Source of the DNA: Nannocystales bacterium
GTDB lineage: Bacteria > Myxococcota_A > Polyangia > Nannocystales > Nannocystaceae
Direction of reading: 5' to 3'
Assembly (NCBI GenBank): GCA_050633305.1
Contig: JBOEGF010000032.1
Span: 128,001-192,000 of the forward strand
DNA: 64,000 bases
The notes under the pieces are model-generated. The model was not told the DNA's origin and did not search any database. It saw nothing but the letters and a program-made list of their open reading frames with translations. The translations under genes and the position numbers were made by a program. Shown here one piece after another: positions 25,673-35,087 of the stretch. Within the stretch, counting starts at the first letter, position 1, and each line of letters begins with the position of its first letter.

Positions 25673-27470
25673 GCCTCGTGTCGCCTTCCAACGCCCGGCG
25701 GTAGGCAAGCTCCAACGGCACGCGGCTTCGCGCTCCAGGACCGCGTATCGCGTCGTGCAGTGTGAGCGCGGCATCGAGCTCATCAAGGGCCGCCGCAGGA
25801 GCACCCCCATGCAGCAGCCACGCGGCACGCTCGAACCGGAGATCGATCTGGAGACCGTGGCCTTCGAGCGTCCCGAGCTCTCCGACCGCCTCGTCGATCG
25901 CGAACTCTGCGGAGACGCGGTCTCCAGAGCACCGAGCCAGGAACGCACGGGCAAGCCACGACGATGCCCGTTCCGACGCGGTCGTGCTGTGCGCGTCGGC
26001 CCGGTCAAGCGCACTGGACGCGTCATCCAGGCGGCCGAGCGGGATGGCCAGATGCGCACTCGCCACAGCGAGCTCGAACTGGATCCACGCCGGCTGAGCT
26101 CTGGGGACGCCTGTCACCGCGGAGAGTTGCGTCAACGCCATTGCACGGAAGCCCTGGGCGGCCCACACGTTGCCAAGCAGGATGCGCAGGGCCACTCGCT
26201 CCAGGCTGGGTGATACGAGCCGTTCGGAGGCCCGCATCACCTCGGGCGCCCGGACCGATGACACCCGGGCGGCGTTGTCGACCGTCCACGACAGCCGCCG
26301 GAGCGGTCGTCTCGACGCACCGCCAACCCACGTGGTCCAACGGCGCGCCCGCGACAGGTGGGCCTGAGCCTCGAGCAGTGCCCCTCGGTCCAACGCCTCC
26401 TCGGCTTGGACCAAAGCGGTCGAGAACCGGACCCCCGGAGCCTGCGTTTGCTCGGCGGCCGCCACGGCCCGTTGGATCGCTGCATGCCGTCCCGCGGCAT
26501 CGTCCGCCAGGTGCACGCGCAGAAGCGCGACCCGGGCCCGCACCACGGGGTCCCGATGGCCGTCGTGTTCGAACGCATCGACGAGCGAGGCTGCGTCGAC
26601 ATCACCGGCGTCGATGCGGCTTGCGATCACGGTCCACGTCTCTGCGGTCCTGGGCGCCTGCAGGAGCGGTGCATCGTCGTAGGTGCGGGAGCGGGGTTCG
26701 TGGAGTGCCACCGCGAACAACACCGAGACTGCAACGCTCGTCGCGAGGCCTGCCCAACGCAGCCTTCGACGTCGGGCCAGGCCGAAGCCCCGCGCCAGCG
26801 TCCGGGTCGGCTTCGGATCTCCGGGCCGGTCCGAACGCATGGTCGAGGGAAGCGACCCGCTGTCCCCCAGCGCCGCACGAGCGAGAGCGCGAAGGTTGTC
26901 CCGGTCCCGTGCCGGAGTGCCCGAAGGCTCCGGGAGCGTCAGCAAGGCGCGGCCATCGAGGCTCAGCCAAAGGCTGTCGGGGTCGAACGAGAACCCGTAC
27001 ACGTCAACGTCATGGGCCGCAGCCAACGCACTCGCGACCGGGCCCAGTCTCGCGCACACGGCCGACCACGGATGGGGACCCTCCTTCAGCCATGCCCGCA
27101 GCGTCCCCGCCGGAACGGGGTCACACGCGACGACCACCTCCTCGTGTCCGCTCGAACCAGCCCACAACAGCGCAACCCGCCCCGAAGCCTCCCCCTCGGA
27201 CCAGCGATCCAGCAGCTCAAGATACGCCGCCACATCGCGCACGCCCATCCGGCGAAGAAGGGCAACGTCTCCATCCTCCCCACCGGCGAGGTAGACCTTG
27301 CTGTCCTCGGAATTCCGGGGCAGACGCCGAGAGATACGGTAGCCAGGACCGACCTCAGCTCCGGTGGCAAATCCCCGCTCGGGAGGAGGAGCGGCCGCGA
27401 CCGCATGCAAGAACGCCGAGAAGCCACCGTCGTCCACCTCGGACGTGATCGGTGGACCCTCCTCGCTCAC
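25641..27470 (-). CDS. Membrane pseudokinase-like protein with C-terminal TPR-like helical region
   Basis: The N-terminus follows Ser/Thr kinase order (YRISRRL...VYLA...DVAL...GTLRAWL...ALAAAHD) but the catalytic motifs are replaced. One TM helix, then Ala/Arg-rich helical repeats. Confidence 0.6.
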   Translation of the reverse strand: MSEEGPPITSEVDDGGFSAFLHAVAAAPPPERGFATGAEVGPGYRISRRLPRNSEDSKVYLAGGEDGDVALLRRMGVRDVAAYLELLDRWSEGEASGRVALLWAGSSGHEEVVVACDPVPAGTLRAWLKEGPHPWSAVCARLGPVASALAAAHDVDVYGFSFDPDSLWLSLDGRALLTLPEPSGTPARDRDNLRALARAALGDSGSLPSTMRSDRPGDPKPTRTLARGFGLARRRRLRWAGLATSVAVSVLFAVALHEPRSRTYDDAPLLQAPRTAETWTVIASRIDAGDVDAASLVDAFEHDGHRDPVVRARVALLRVHLADDAAGRHAAIQRAVAAAEQTQAPGVRFSTALVQAEEALDRGALLEAQAHLSRARRWTTWVGGASRRPLRRLSWTVDNAARVSSVRAPEVMRASERLVSPSLERVALRILLGNVWAAQGFRAMALTQLSAVTGVPRAQPAWIQFELAVASAHLAIPLGRLDDASSALDRADAHSTTASERASSWLARAFLARCSGDRVSAEFAIDEAVGELGTLEGHGLQIDLRFERAAWLLHGGAPAAALDELDAALTLHDAIRGPGARSRVPLELAYRRALEGDTRLMSEAPPSRA

Positions 27471-27706
27471 CCAACCACGATCGCATAGTCCGAGACCGGG
27501 TCGCGACCACCCCACCGCTCCCTGGGACGCGCAGGGTTTTCCGGCCCCACGTCCTCACAGGGTCACGGGGCGGCCGACCGCCGCTTGCCCCACTCAGCCC
27601 GCTCCACGGCGGCCGACAAGCTCGAAGGGACGGACGAACACAGCCGACCAGCTCTGGCTCCACCGCGGCCGGCTCCGCAGCGGCCGACGAGCGCGAAGGG
27701 GAGGCT

Positions 27707-28924
27707 CTAAAGGTCGAAGCGCTCGCAGTAGTCCGCGAGTCGCTCACGCATCGCGGCGGGCCGCAGACCGAACGCTTCGGGCGAGTGCTCGTGCTTGTGG
27801 TCCGGTCGTGGCCGGGCCGCGTGTTCCCGCACCGCGGCCTCCCCCGGAGCACTCCACCCGATGTCCAGCGTCTCATAGACGGCACGTGCCGAGGCGACGG
27901 GGTCGGCACAGAAGTCTTGGTGGCGCACATGAGCGACCCTGCCCGCCCCGAGGCTGTCGCAGCACGCCACCCCTGCGGCGTGCGCGTCCAACAGTGGGTC
28001 GTCGAACAGCTCGGGGCCGATCGTTTTTGGGTCGATGTCTCGGCTGAAGATCGCGCGGGTGTAGGCGTACATGCTGCTCATCGAACTGAAGACGTCGACC
28101 GGGTCGCGATGGATGAAGACGAACTTGGCGGACGGAAAACGCTCGAGCAATGCGGGGAGGTACCCGATGTGTGTCGGGTCCTTGAGCACCATTCGTGAGC
28201 CCCCGCCACGACGGCGTCGGAGGATCCCAAGCTCCTCCACGTAGCGCCCGTACGCGATGTTTGGATCCTGCCCTTGCAACCATCGCAAGTACGATGGCAC
28301 TCGAAACTGCACCGCGAACTGCGGGGTTCGAAACGAGTGGGCGAACAGGTTGAGGCACTCCTCGGGGTTGTCCGGGCGCATCGGGTGAATCGCCTGGTAG
28401 TTCGGAGAGACGCGGCGCAGCTCCGCGAGCACCGCAGCAACCTGCTCCCACCGAGGGTCCTCCGCCCCGGCGTGTGTGGAGACCGGGAACATCGTCTCGT
28501 AGTGCCGTGGGGACCAGTGCTCGGGGTCTGCAGCGAGGAGTTGATGCAGTGCAGTGGTCCCCGAACGCATCCAGCCCAACACGTAGATCGGAGACGGCAT
28601 GGACGCCGGGGCATCGAGCTGGGCCGCGCGCACGACCGGCCGCGCCTTGAGGTGCTCGAGGAGCCTCCGGGTACAGTCCTCGCGGGCCGCCACCTTGCCA
28701 ATCACCCCCAGGCCACTGTCGGCCTCGAGCGAATGGACGAGCGACTCAAATGCGTCTCGAACGTCCGCCTCGGGCTCCTCTCCCGCGGCGTCGACGGCCG
28801 CGCGCACCCATGCCGATGCGTCGAACTTCCCCGCCGGCAGGATGGCCGAGATCGTATTCAGAGCCGCGTACCACCACGGCTGAGTTCGAGCAGAGGTCGT
28901 GAACTGTCGCGCGTGAATCGTCAC
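27707..28924 (-). CDS. Sulfotransferase family protein
   Basis: PIYVLGWMRSGTTALHQLL (5'-PSB loop), VLKDPTH, FPSAKFVFIHRDPVDVFSSMSS (3'-PB). Start uncertain. Confidence 0.9.
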   Translation of the reverse strand: MTIHARQFTTSARTQPWWYAALNTISAILPAGKFDASAWVRAAVDAAGEEPEADVRDAFESLVHSLEADSGLGVIGKVAAREDCTRRLLEHLKARPVVRAAQLDAPASMPSPIYVLGWMRSGTTALHQLLAADPEHWSPRHYETMFPVSTHAGAEDPRWEQVAAVLAELRRVSPNYQAIHPMRPDNPEECLNLFAHSFRTPQFAVQFRVPSYLRWLQGQDPNIAYGRYVEELGILRRRRGGGSRMVLKDPTHIGYLPALLERFPSAKFVFIHRDPVDVFSSMSSMYAYTRAIFSRDIDPKTIGPELFDDPLLDAHAAGVACCDSLGAGRVAHVRHQDFCADPVASARAVYETLDIGWSAPGEAAVREHAARPRPDHKHEHSPEAFGLRPAAMRERLADYCERFDL

Positions 28925-29069
28925 AGGAAACCCAAGCCTCGATGCGTCCGCACTCGCGCCCTCTGCGACGAGGCTGCCACGTCGAGGCGCTCGGAGCATC
29001 CACGGCACGCCACGGCTCCCTGCGGAAGGCGCGCTCCCCCCAAGTCCGCCGGGTGCACGCCGTGGAGTT

Positions 29070-31802
29070 TCAGAGTTTCAGGCCCACCGGGAGACCCTCG
29101 CCGAACACCCGCTTCATGTCCGAGGCCGCCATGTCGCTCCCGCGAAGCACCATGTCGATCCAACTTGCGGGGGACTTGGCTGCCGTCAATCGCTCGGCAA
29201 TGGTCTTTCTCAGCGGCGCAGACAGATCGCGACGCGCATCACCGGTCAGCCGGCCGAGTGAGGCCGCCGCGAAGGCAGCACCCTCGGCCGCATCCCAGTC
29301 GAGCTCGAGGAGCGCCGTGACCCACCGCTGTGCCACGGCACTGTCGACCGCGTCTTCGGGGTCGGCCCGCACGGGCACACGCGCTCCCACGCGGGCGAGC
29401 GGCCAATACGAACAGATCTTTTTGGCGCGCTCCAAGAAGAGGTCGCCGCACCTCGCCTTGGCCTCGCGGGGGATCCGTTCGAGGCCTGCGACCAGCTGCA
29501 TCATCTCGACCGGACCATGCTTGTGCGGCGTCCCAGCTGGTGGCGTGCCGTCGCGCCACAACCAGGGCTCGAGTTCCTCGAACACCTGCAACTGCCGCTT
29601 GGCGTCGAGGCCCGCAGCAACGCGCCGCCACAGGATCCACCATTGGGGCCAGCTCGCCTTGTTGGCGCGGCGCAATCCAGCCTCGCGAAGACCCCACAGC
29701 GTATCGATACGCGCGTCGTCTTCGGGGGCCCCATAGCCTGGCCGCAATGCCCAGCCCGCGAGGCCGAGCCAGCTGAGTTCATGTTGGTCCGAGGCTGCAC
29801 GGCGAGGCTCGTGGGTGAGACACACCGCCCACAACGCGCGACACGTGGCCGCCGACCATTGCCCACGAGGACCGATCGCCTTCTCAATCCCGCGCCGAAG
29901 CCCGCGTGCGAGCTTGGGGTCATCCGAACCCATCGCCTTGGCAAACGCGGCCTGAGCCGACGCGAAGTTTTCGTGAACGGGGTCGGCCTCGAGACTGGCC
30001 TGAGCCTCGCGCGCGTTCGCCTCGGACAACGACTCGCGACCCAGCACGAACTCGAGCTTCCATTTGCGTGGCGGTAACTCCACCGTCGCGAGGAAGATTT
30101 CGAGCGCTCCGGTCGGGGTCATCGAGGACGACAACGTCACGGGAACATCGCTGCCCGAACGGCCGCGATCTCGCAGCACGGTTTCCAAGGCGGGAAGCGG
30201 ATCGAGGTCGGCGTCGGGGTCGACGACAACACCCGGAGCATCGGCCCGGTCGCCCGTGTAGACGTACAGCGGGAACGCGACCGGAGCGTCGAGGCGAAGG
30301 TCGAACACACGGTCGGGGACCGACGCAGAAGCACCGTCTTCCATGCCCTTGGGCGCGACGCACAGCGCCTGTCGACGTCCGGCGTCCCCCTCGACACCGA
30401 TGTAGTACGCGCGGGCCGTTCCGCCGCCGATTGCCTCACCGACGCCTCGACGAGACAAGCCGTAGACGACCGCTCCGCGTGCAACCGCGGTGTCGAGCGA
30501 GGTGTGTTCGAGAAAACGGACCCCATCGCCGAACCATCCCTCGAAGACCTGACGGAGGCGCTCGATGAGCGCATGGCCGTTGAACACGCCACCGTTGAGG
30601 AGCACCAGGTCAGGCCGGGGCAATCCCTGCACGAGCGCGGCCCCTGCGTCGACGGCCGCGTCGACATGACGCCGTAGGAAACTGCAAACATGCCGGGAAA
30701 CGGCAGCATCGGATGCGAACGGAAGGCCGAGCGTGGTGAGTCCGGCGCGAGAGGCTTTTTCGGCAACCTCGTCGGGGCCCGAGCGTGGCAGGAAACCGTC
30801 GAGAAGGACCTGCTGCACCTCTTCCCGAGTCACCGCGATGCTCCGGGTGCTGGCGAGCAGTCGTGAGCCCCGACCCTGGTACGAGATCACCGCCTCTTCG
30901 GGGCCATCCGCGGCGAGCAGGCGCTCCTTGGCGGCCCGGGCAGATTGCACGATCGCGGACCATACCGTCGCGTCGGAGGGCCGGTCGAGCTCCGCCTTGT
31001 CCAGGGCGAACATGGCCAACGCGGCATCCATGTTGTCGCCGCCGAGCATGAGGTGCCCGCCGACGGCAACCCGCTCGAGACGGCTCTCGTCGGGCCCAAG
31101 TCCCTCCGCAGCGCGGACCCGGACCAAGGTGAGGTCGGTGGTTCCACCGCCCACGTCGACGACGAGGATGAGCTTGGCGTCGCCCAGCTGCGTCTCGAGG
31201 TCTTCGGTGTGCGCGCCCAGGTAGTCGTAGAACGCGGCTTGCGGCTCCTCGATCAACCGCACCTCGCCCAGCCCGGCTTCGGCGGCCGCATCGGTGGTCA
31301 GCTCGCGAGCACCTTCGTCAAACGAGGCGGGGACAGTGACCACCACGTCCTGCGTCGCCAGCGGAGCATCGGGATACCGGTGCTCCCACACCTGTCGAAG
31401 GTGATCGAGGTAGGCGACCTGAGCCTCGAACGGCGAGACGTGGGGCTCGTCGTCCGGAGAGTTCCACGGCAGGATCGGGGCTCGCCGATTGACGCCGCCG
31501 TGGCACACCCAGCTTTTGGCCGAGGCCACCAGCCGACTGGGGACCTTGGCGCCCAGCCGTCGCGCAAACTCGCCCACGACCTGCGGGGACGGCCCCCACG
31601 GCAGACACCTGTCGTCGTCGCTGAGTTCGCCAGGGGCCGGCAGGTACATGAACGAGGGAAACAACGGCCTCTCGGCGGTCTCTCCAGCCGCAACGAGCTG
31701 CGGCACGTCCATGAGAAACACCTTGGGATCGGTGAGCTGGGAGGCTGCCAGCGCGCAGTGGGTCGTCCCCAGGTCGATTCCGACGACGAACCGCGCGCTC
31801 AC
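29070..31802 (-). CDS. Hsp70 family (DnaK-related) protein with DUF3731-like C-terminal domain
   Basis: GIDLGTTH, TVPASFD, EEPQAA, DVGGGTTD, LGGDNMD. Trp-rich tail GWALRPGYG...WWILWRRVAAGL...VFGEGLPVGLKL. GTG start overlaps the upstream stop. Confidence 0.9.
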   Translation of the reverse strand: MSARFVVGIDLGTTHCALAASQLTDPKVFLMDVPQLVAAGETAERPLFPSFMYLPAPGELSDDDRCLPWGPSPQVVGEFARRLGAKVPSRLVASAKSWVCHGGVNRRAPILPWNSPDDEPHVSPFEAQVAYLDHLRQVWEHRYPDAPLATQDVVVTVPASFDEGARELTTDAAAEAGLGEVRLIEEPQAAFYDYLGAHTEDLETQLGDAKLILVVDVGGGTTDLTLVRVRAAEGLGPDESRLERVAVGGHLMLGGDNMDAALAMFALDKAELDRPSDATVWSAIVQSARAAKERLLAADGPEEAVISYQGRGSRLLASTRSIAVTREEVQQVLLDGFLPRSGPDEVAEKASRAGLTTLGLPFASDAAVSRHVCSFLRRHVDAAVDAGAALVQGLPRPDLVLLNGGVFNGHALIERLRQVFEGWFGDGVRFLEHTSLDTAVARGAVVYGLSRRGVGEAIGGGTARAYYIGVEGDAGRRQALCVAPKGMEDGASASVPDRVFDLRLDAPVAFPLYVYTGDRADAPGVVVDPDADLDPLPALETVLRDRGRSGSDVPVTLSSSMTPTGALEIFLATVELPPRKWKLEFVLGRESLSEANAREAQASLEADPVHENFASAQAAFAKAMGSDDPKLARGLRRGIEKAIGPRGQWSAATCRALWAVCLTHEPRRAASDQHELSWLGLAGWALRPGYGAPEDDARIDTLWGLREAGLRRANKASWPQWWILWRRVAAGLDAKRQLQVFEELEPWLWRDGTPPAGTPHKHGPVEMMQLVAGLERIPREAKARCGDLFLERAKKICSYWPLARVGARVPVRADPEDAVDSAVAQRWVTALLELDWDAAEGAAFAAASLGRLTGDARRDLSAPLRKTIAERLTAAKSPASWIDMVLRGSDMAASDMKRVFGEGLPVGLKL

Positions 31803-33595
31803 GCATCCCCCCGAACGTCGAAGCTGAGGCTCCAGCTGGGAACGCCCGCGGCATGTGGGTCGGTTGGCACGGCCGCGACCTCGAGCGTTCCGACCTCGGT
31901 CGCGCGGACCCGAAGCCGAACCTCCACCACGTCTCCGGGCTCTCCGGGCAGCGTGGTCTGGATCGGCGCAAGCTCGGTGACATCGCGCAGGCGAGTCTTG
32001 TCCCCCACCTCGTCGTGACGAGACGACGAGCCGAAGAATCGGAACGAGACGGGCTCGCCCAGCACGATGCCGAAGGGGCGCTGAAGCTGGACCTCGCTGC
32101 CTTCCTCGAGGCCAAACGGCGCGACACACACGGCGTCCATTCGAGGTGGCATGCCGGGGACAGCCAGCTCGGCCCGCTCGATGCCGATGTAGTAGGACTG
32201 CGCCAATCCGCCGCGGATCCGAAGGCCACCGGTTCGTCGAGCCCGCGCGTAGTAGGCCGCACCTCGGGCCACCGCGAGTTCGGGATCGACCCCCTCGAGC
32301 ACGGTGGGGCGAGCACCGCCCTCGGCTTCGGTCCACGCGGCGAGCACATCGAGCAGCTTCTGCCGAACCGCAGGCGCTCGGGTCACGCCCCCGTTGAAGA
32401 GCACCGCGGTGGGGTGCACAAACGAGTGTCCGGCGGGCAGCGTTTCCCGAGCCCGCGCCAGGAATGCGGCCAGATGCCGCGTCACCCCTGCATCGGCGGC
32501 GTACGGCAACCCCAACGTGGTGAGTCCGGCGCGCTCGGCCTGCTCGGGGCGTGCGTCCGCGGTGGTCATGGGAAAGAACCCATCGAGGACCATCGACCAG
32601 GTCTCGTCTTTGGTGAGCGTGGCCCGCAGCGTCCCACCGACCAACTTGCTCCCCCGACTGGGGATCGACAGGGCCACCTCGTCCTGCGTCCCGGCCAGAA
32701 GGGTTTCCTTGGCCCCACGGGTGGCATGGGTCAGGGCCCGCAGCTGCCACGCGTCGAGGTCCTTGCCCTCGTCCTCCAACCGCGCCTGGACGACGTAGGC
32801 CAACGCGAGGTCCATGTTGTCGCCACCGAGCAGGATGTGATCTCCAACGGCGATGCGTTCGAGCGCGAGGGCACCGTCGCGGTCGCACACCTCGATGAGC
32901 GAGAAGTCTGTGGTGCCGCCACCGATGTCGACGACGAGGATGATGTCCCCCACCGACACGTCGTCGCGCCACGCGTCGCCGCGCTGCGCGACCCAGTCGT
33001 AGAGTGCAGCCTGAGGCTCCTCGAGGAGGACCGGCGGCTCCTCGAAGCCTGCGAGTTCCGCGGCCTCGACCGTCAGCTCCCGCGCGACAGCGTCGAACGA
33101 GGCGGGAACTGTGAGCACGACCTCCTGCTCTTCGAGAGGATCGTCGGGATGGGCCAAGTCCCACGCGGCGCGCAAGTGCGCCAGGTACCGGGCCGATGCT
33201 TGCAGCGGGGAAACCCGGGGAACGTCGTCGGGCTCGGAGTCCGTCGCCACGGGAAGAATCTCGGCCCGGCGGTCGACACCGGGATGAGACAGCCAACTCT
33301 TGGCTGACGCCACGAGTCGTCCCGGCGTACTCGCCCCCTGCCCTCGCGCGAACGACCCGACGACGTCGCGTGCGCTTGGATACCAAGGCAGGCCCAACGC
33401 GTCCTTGGCGAACTGCGACGGCGCCGGAAAGAACAGGAACGAGGGCAACAGCGGACGCGTGTCGACCTCGGCCGGCGCAACGATCTGAGGCAGCGGCAGC
33501 GCGACCGGCGCGTCGTCGCCGTCGGCCGCGGCCGTGGCCAGGGCGCAGTGCGTGGTGCCCAGATCGATGCCGACCGAAAACCGCGGCGCGCTCAC
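31799..33595 (-). CDS. Hsp70 family (DnaK-related) protein
   Basis: GIDLGTTH, ASAKSW, TVPASFD, EEPQAA, DIGGGTTD, GGDNMD. Ends WSLSFDVR. Confidence 0.92.
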   Translation of the reverse strand: MSAPRFSVGIDLGTTHCALATAAADGDDAPVALPLPQIVAPAEVDTRPLLPSFLFFPAPSQFAKDALGLPWYPSARDVVGSFARGQGASTPGRLVASAKSWLSHPGVDRRAEILPVATDSEPDDVPRVSPLQASARYLAHLRAAWDLAHPDDPLEEQEVVLTVPASFDAVARELTVEAAELAGFEEPPVLLEEPQAALYDWVAQRGDAWRDDVSVGDIILVVDIGGGTTDFSLIEVCDRDGALALERIAVGDHILLGGDNMDLALAYVVQARLEDEGKDLDAWQLRALTHATRGAKETLLAGTQDEVALSIPSRGSKLVGGTLRATLTKDETWSMVLDGFFPMTTADARPEQAERAGLTTLGLPYAADAGVTRHLAAFLARARETLPAGHSFVHPTAVLFNGGVTRAPAVRQKLLDVLAAWTEAEGGARPTVLEGVDPELAVARGAAYYARARRTGGLRIRGGLAQSYYIGIERAELAVPGMPPRMDAVCVAPFGLEEGSEVQLQRPFGIVLGEPVSFRFFGSSSRHDEVGDKTRLRDVTELAPIQTTLPGEPGDVVEVRLRVRATEVGTLEVAAVPTDPHAAGVPSWSLSFDVRGDA

Positions 33596-34134
33596 AGCTC
33601 AACCTCGGCAGCAGCCACGACCATGGGGTCGTGCGCATCGGAGAGCTTGGGCAACGAGAACCGCGATGCCTGCCATCCGTGATGTGCCAGCGTGCCCGTG
33701 TACGGAGGCTCGCCTTTGACGTTCCCGGTGACGCGGTGTCGCACCGCATCGAAGCCCTCGGCGAGTTCAACCTTTGCGCCCTCGTCCTCGGTGCGGACAG
33801 GCTCGAACTCCACGTAGTCCTGCAGCCCCTTGCGGCAGCCCTCGTGCACGACGCGAGCCGCGGCTCCAATGTCCGCATCGGACGCGCCGGAGAGGTCCTC
33901 TTGGACGAAGTCCACGAATCGGCCCTCGCGCTGAAGGATGGCCAGCAGCTGGAGCGCGGGCGCAAGGTCGCGCTCGGCTTCTTTTTCCTCGACCTCGCGA
34001 ACGGGGGCCAGCGCGGGCTCGGGCGTCGCGGAGTCAGCCGCGCGGACCTTGGCCGCAAAGGCGCCATCGAAGAGCACCTTCCAGGGGAGAACGAACGCGA
34101 GCCAAAGTCGAGCGCCGAAGCCGAGCGATTCCAT
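33592..34134 (-). CDS. DUF2760 domain protein
   Basis: ALQLLAILQREGRFVDFVQED...IGAAARVVHEGC...GTLAHHGW...AAEVEL. First gene of the operon with two Hsp70s. Confidence 0.88.
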   Translation of the reverse strand: MESLGFGARLWLAFVLPWKVLFDGAFAAKVRAADSATPEPALAPVREVEEKEAERDLAPALQLLAILQREGRFVDFVQEDLSGASDADIGAAARVVHEGCRKGLQDYVEFEPVRTEDEGAKVELAEGFDAVRHRVTGNVKGEPPYTGTLAHHGWQASRFSLPKLSDAHDPMVVAAAEVEL

Positions 34135-34210
34135 GAGGTTTGCCTCCCGCACCCAAGCGCGGGACGCCGAATTGCCACCACAGACGCCGCATTGCAAGGA
34201 CACCGGGGGC

Positions 34211-34996
34211 TCACCGAGGCCCTCCCCGCCGCCCGTGCCTTTGCGAGGCCGCGTGGCGCCGCGGAGGGTCCGGCTCCGCGAGGGGGCGCGAGGTCGCTGG
34301 AGGCTGCGGGAACCCCCGCAAACGAGGGTCAAGCGCGCAACGCAAGGCTGCCTCGATCCAACCCCGGGGCACCGGTCCCACCGGAGCCCCCCGCACGCGC
34401 GCCCTCACGCCGCCGACGAGGCCGGCGACCGTCGGCGCGGTGGGATGGAGCCAGGGAGCGCGAAGCGCCGCACGGGACGGGTCGAGCCATGGACCCCGCG
34501 GGATTCCGATCGCGTCCAGCGACACTGGCTCCCAGGTGCCGCCGTCGCCCCAGGTGAGACGGCGGTGCACTTCGGGGTGCACCCACGGGTCGACGACCCC
34601 ACCGAGCAGGTCCCGTGCGGTCGACCAGCCGGGCAACGCCGCACAGGGCATGAGTTCAGCGGAGCCCGAACCGTGCACTTGCCGGGCAGTCGCCCCCACA
34701 CGAGGTGGCGGGACTTCGCGAACCTCGACGTCGATGCGAGGCCAGCCCAACCGGCGCCGGGTCGGTGACAGAACGCGCTCCATCGTACGCTGCGCGACGA
34801 CGGGTGTCGGCACGCGTCCGAGCCACACAATGCTTCTCGCGCGCAGGACGGCCGCGACCGTCCACGGAAAGCCCCGTCTGAGTCGCTGCCAAACCGCAGC
34901 CGCAGGCGGCCCCGCCCCAACGACAACAGGGGTGTGCAGGCGAACCTGGACGAGCACGACGACCATGACGGGTCCGAGGAGCAAGGCGCGGGCCAA
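34211..34996 (-). CDS. Hypothetical protein, possibly a degenerate RAYT/IS200-like (HUH) transposase homologue
   Basis: WQRLRRGFP and WSTARDLLGGVVDPWV resemble myxobacterial REP-associated transposase-like proteins from memory. No HUH His pair or catalytic Tyr. Start uncertain. Confidence 0.4.
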   Translation of the reverse strand: MARALLLGPVMVVVLVQVRLHTPVVVGAGPPAAAVWQRLRRGFPWTVAAVLRARSIVWLGRVPTPVVAQRTMERVLSPTRRRLGWPRIDVEVREVPPPRVGATARQVHGSGSAELMPCAALPGWSTARDLLGGVVDPWVHPEVHRRLTWGDGGTWEPVSLDAIGIPRGPWLDPSRAALRAPWLHPTAPTVAGLVGGVRARVRGAPVGPVPRGWIEAALRCALDPRLRGFPQPPATSRPLAEPDPPRRHAASQRHGRRGGPR

Positions 34997-35087
34997 GCCG
35001 ACCGCACCCGTCTTCTGCGCTCGTGGCCGGCGCGCATGGCCCGAGTCCGGGCCAAACCGGGGGCGGTCTGGCCAGCTTGGCGCCGCC

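Noticed and set aside
24652..27470. Genomic island or prophage integrated at the tRNA cluster
   Set aside because: No integrase or phage genes, and I saw no duplicated tRNA 3' end elsewhere in the window.
29070..34214. 1714-aa ORF suggesting a giant Hsp70 fusion
   Set aside because: The first 800 or so codons are an Arg/Gly-rich off-frame read over the DUF2760 and first Hsp70 genes. The real gene starts at GTG 31802.
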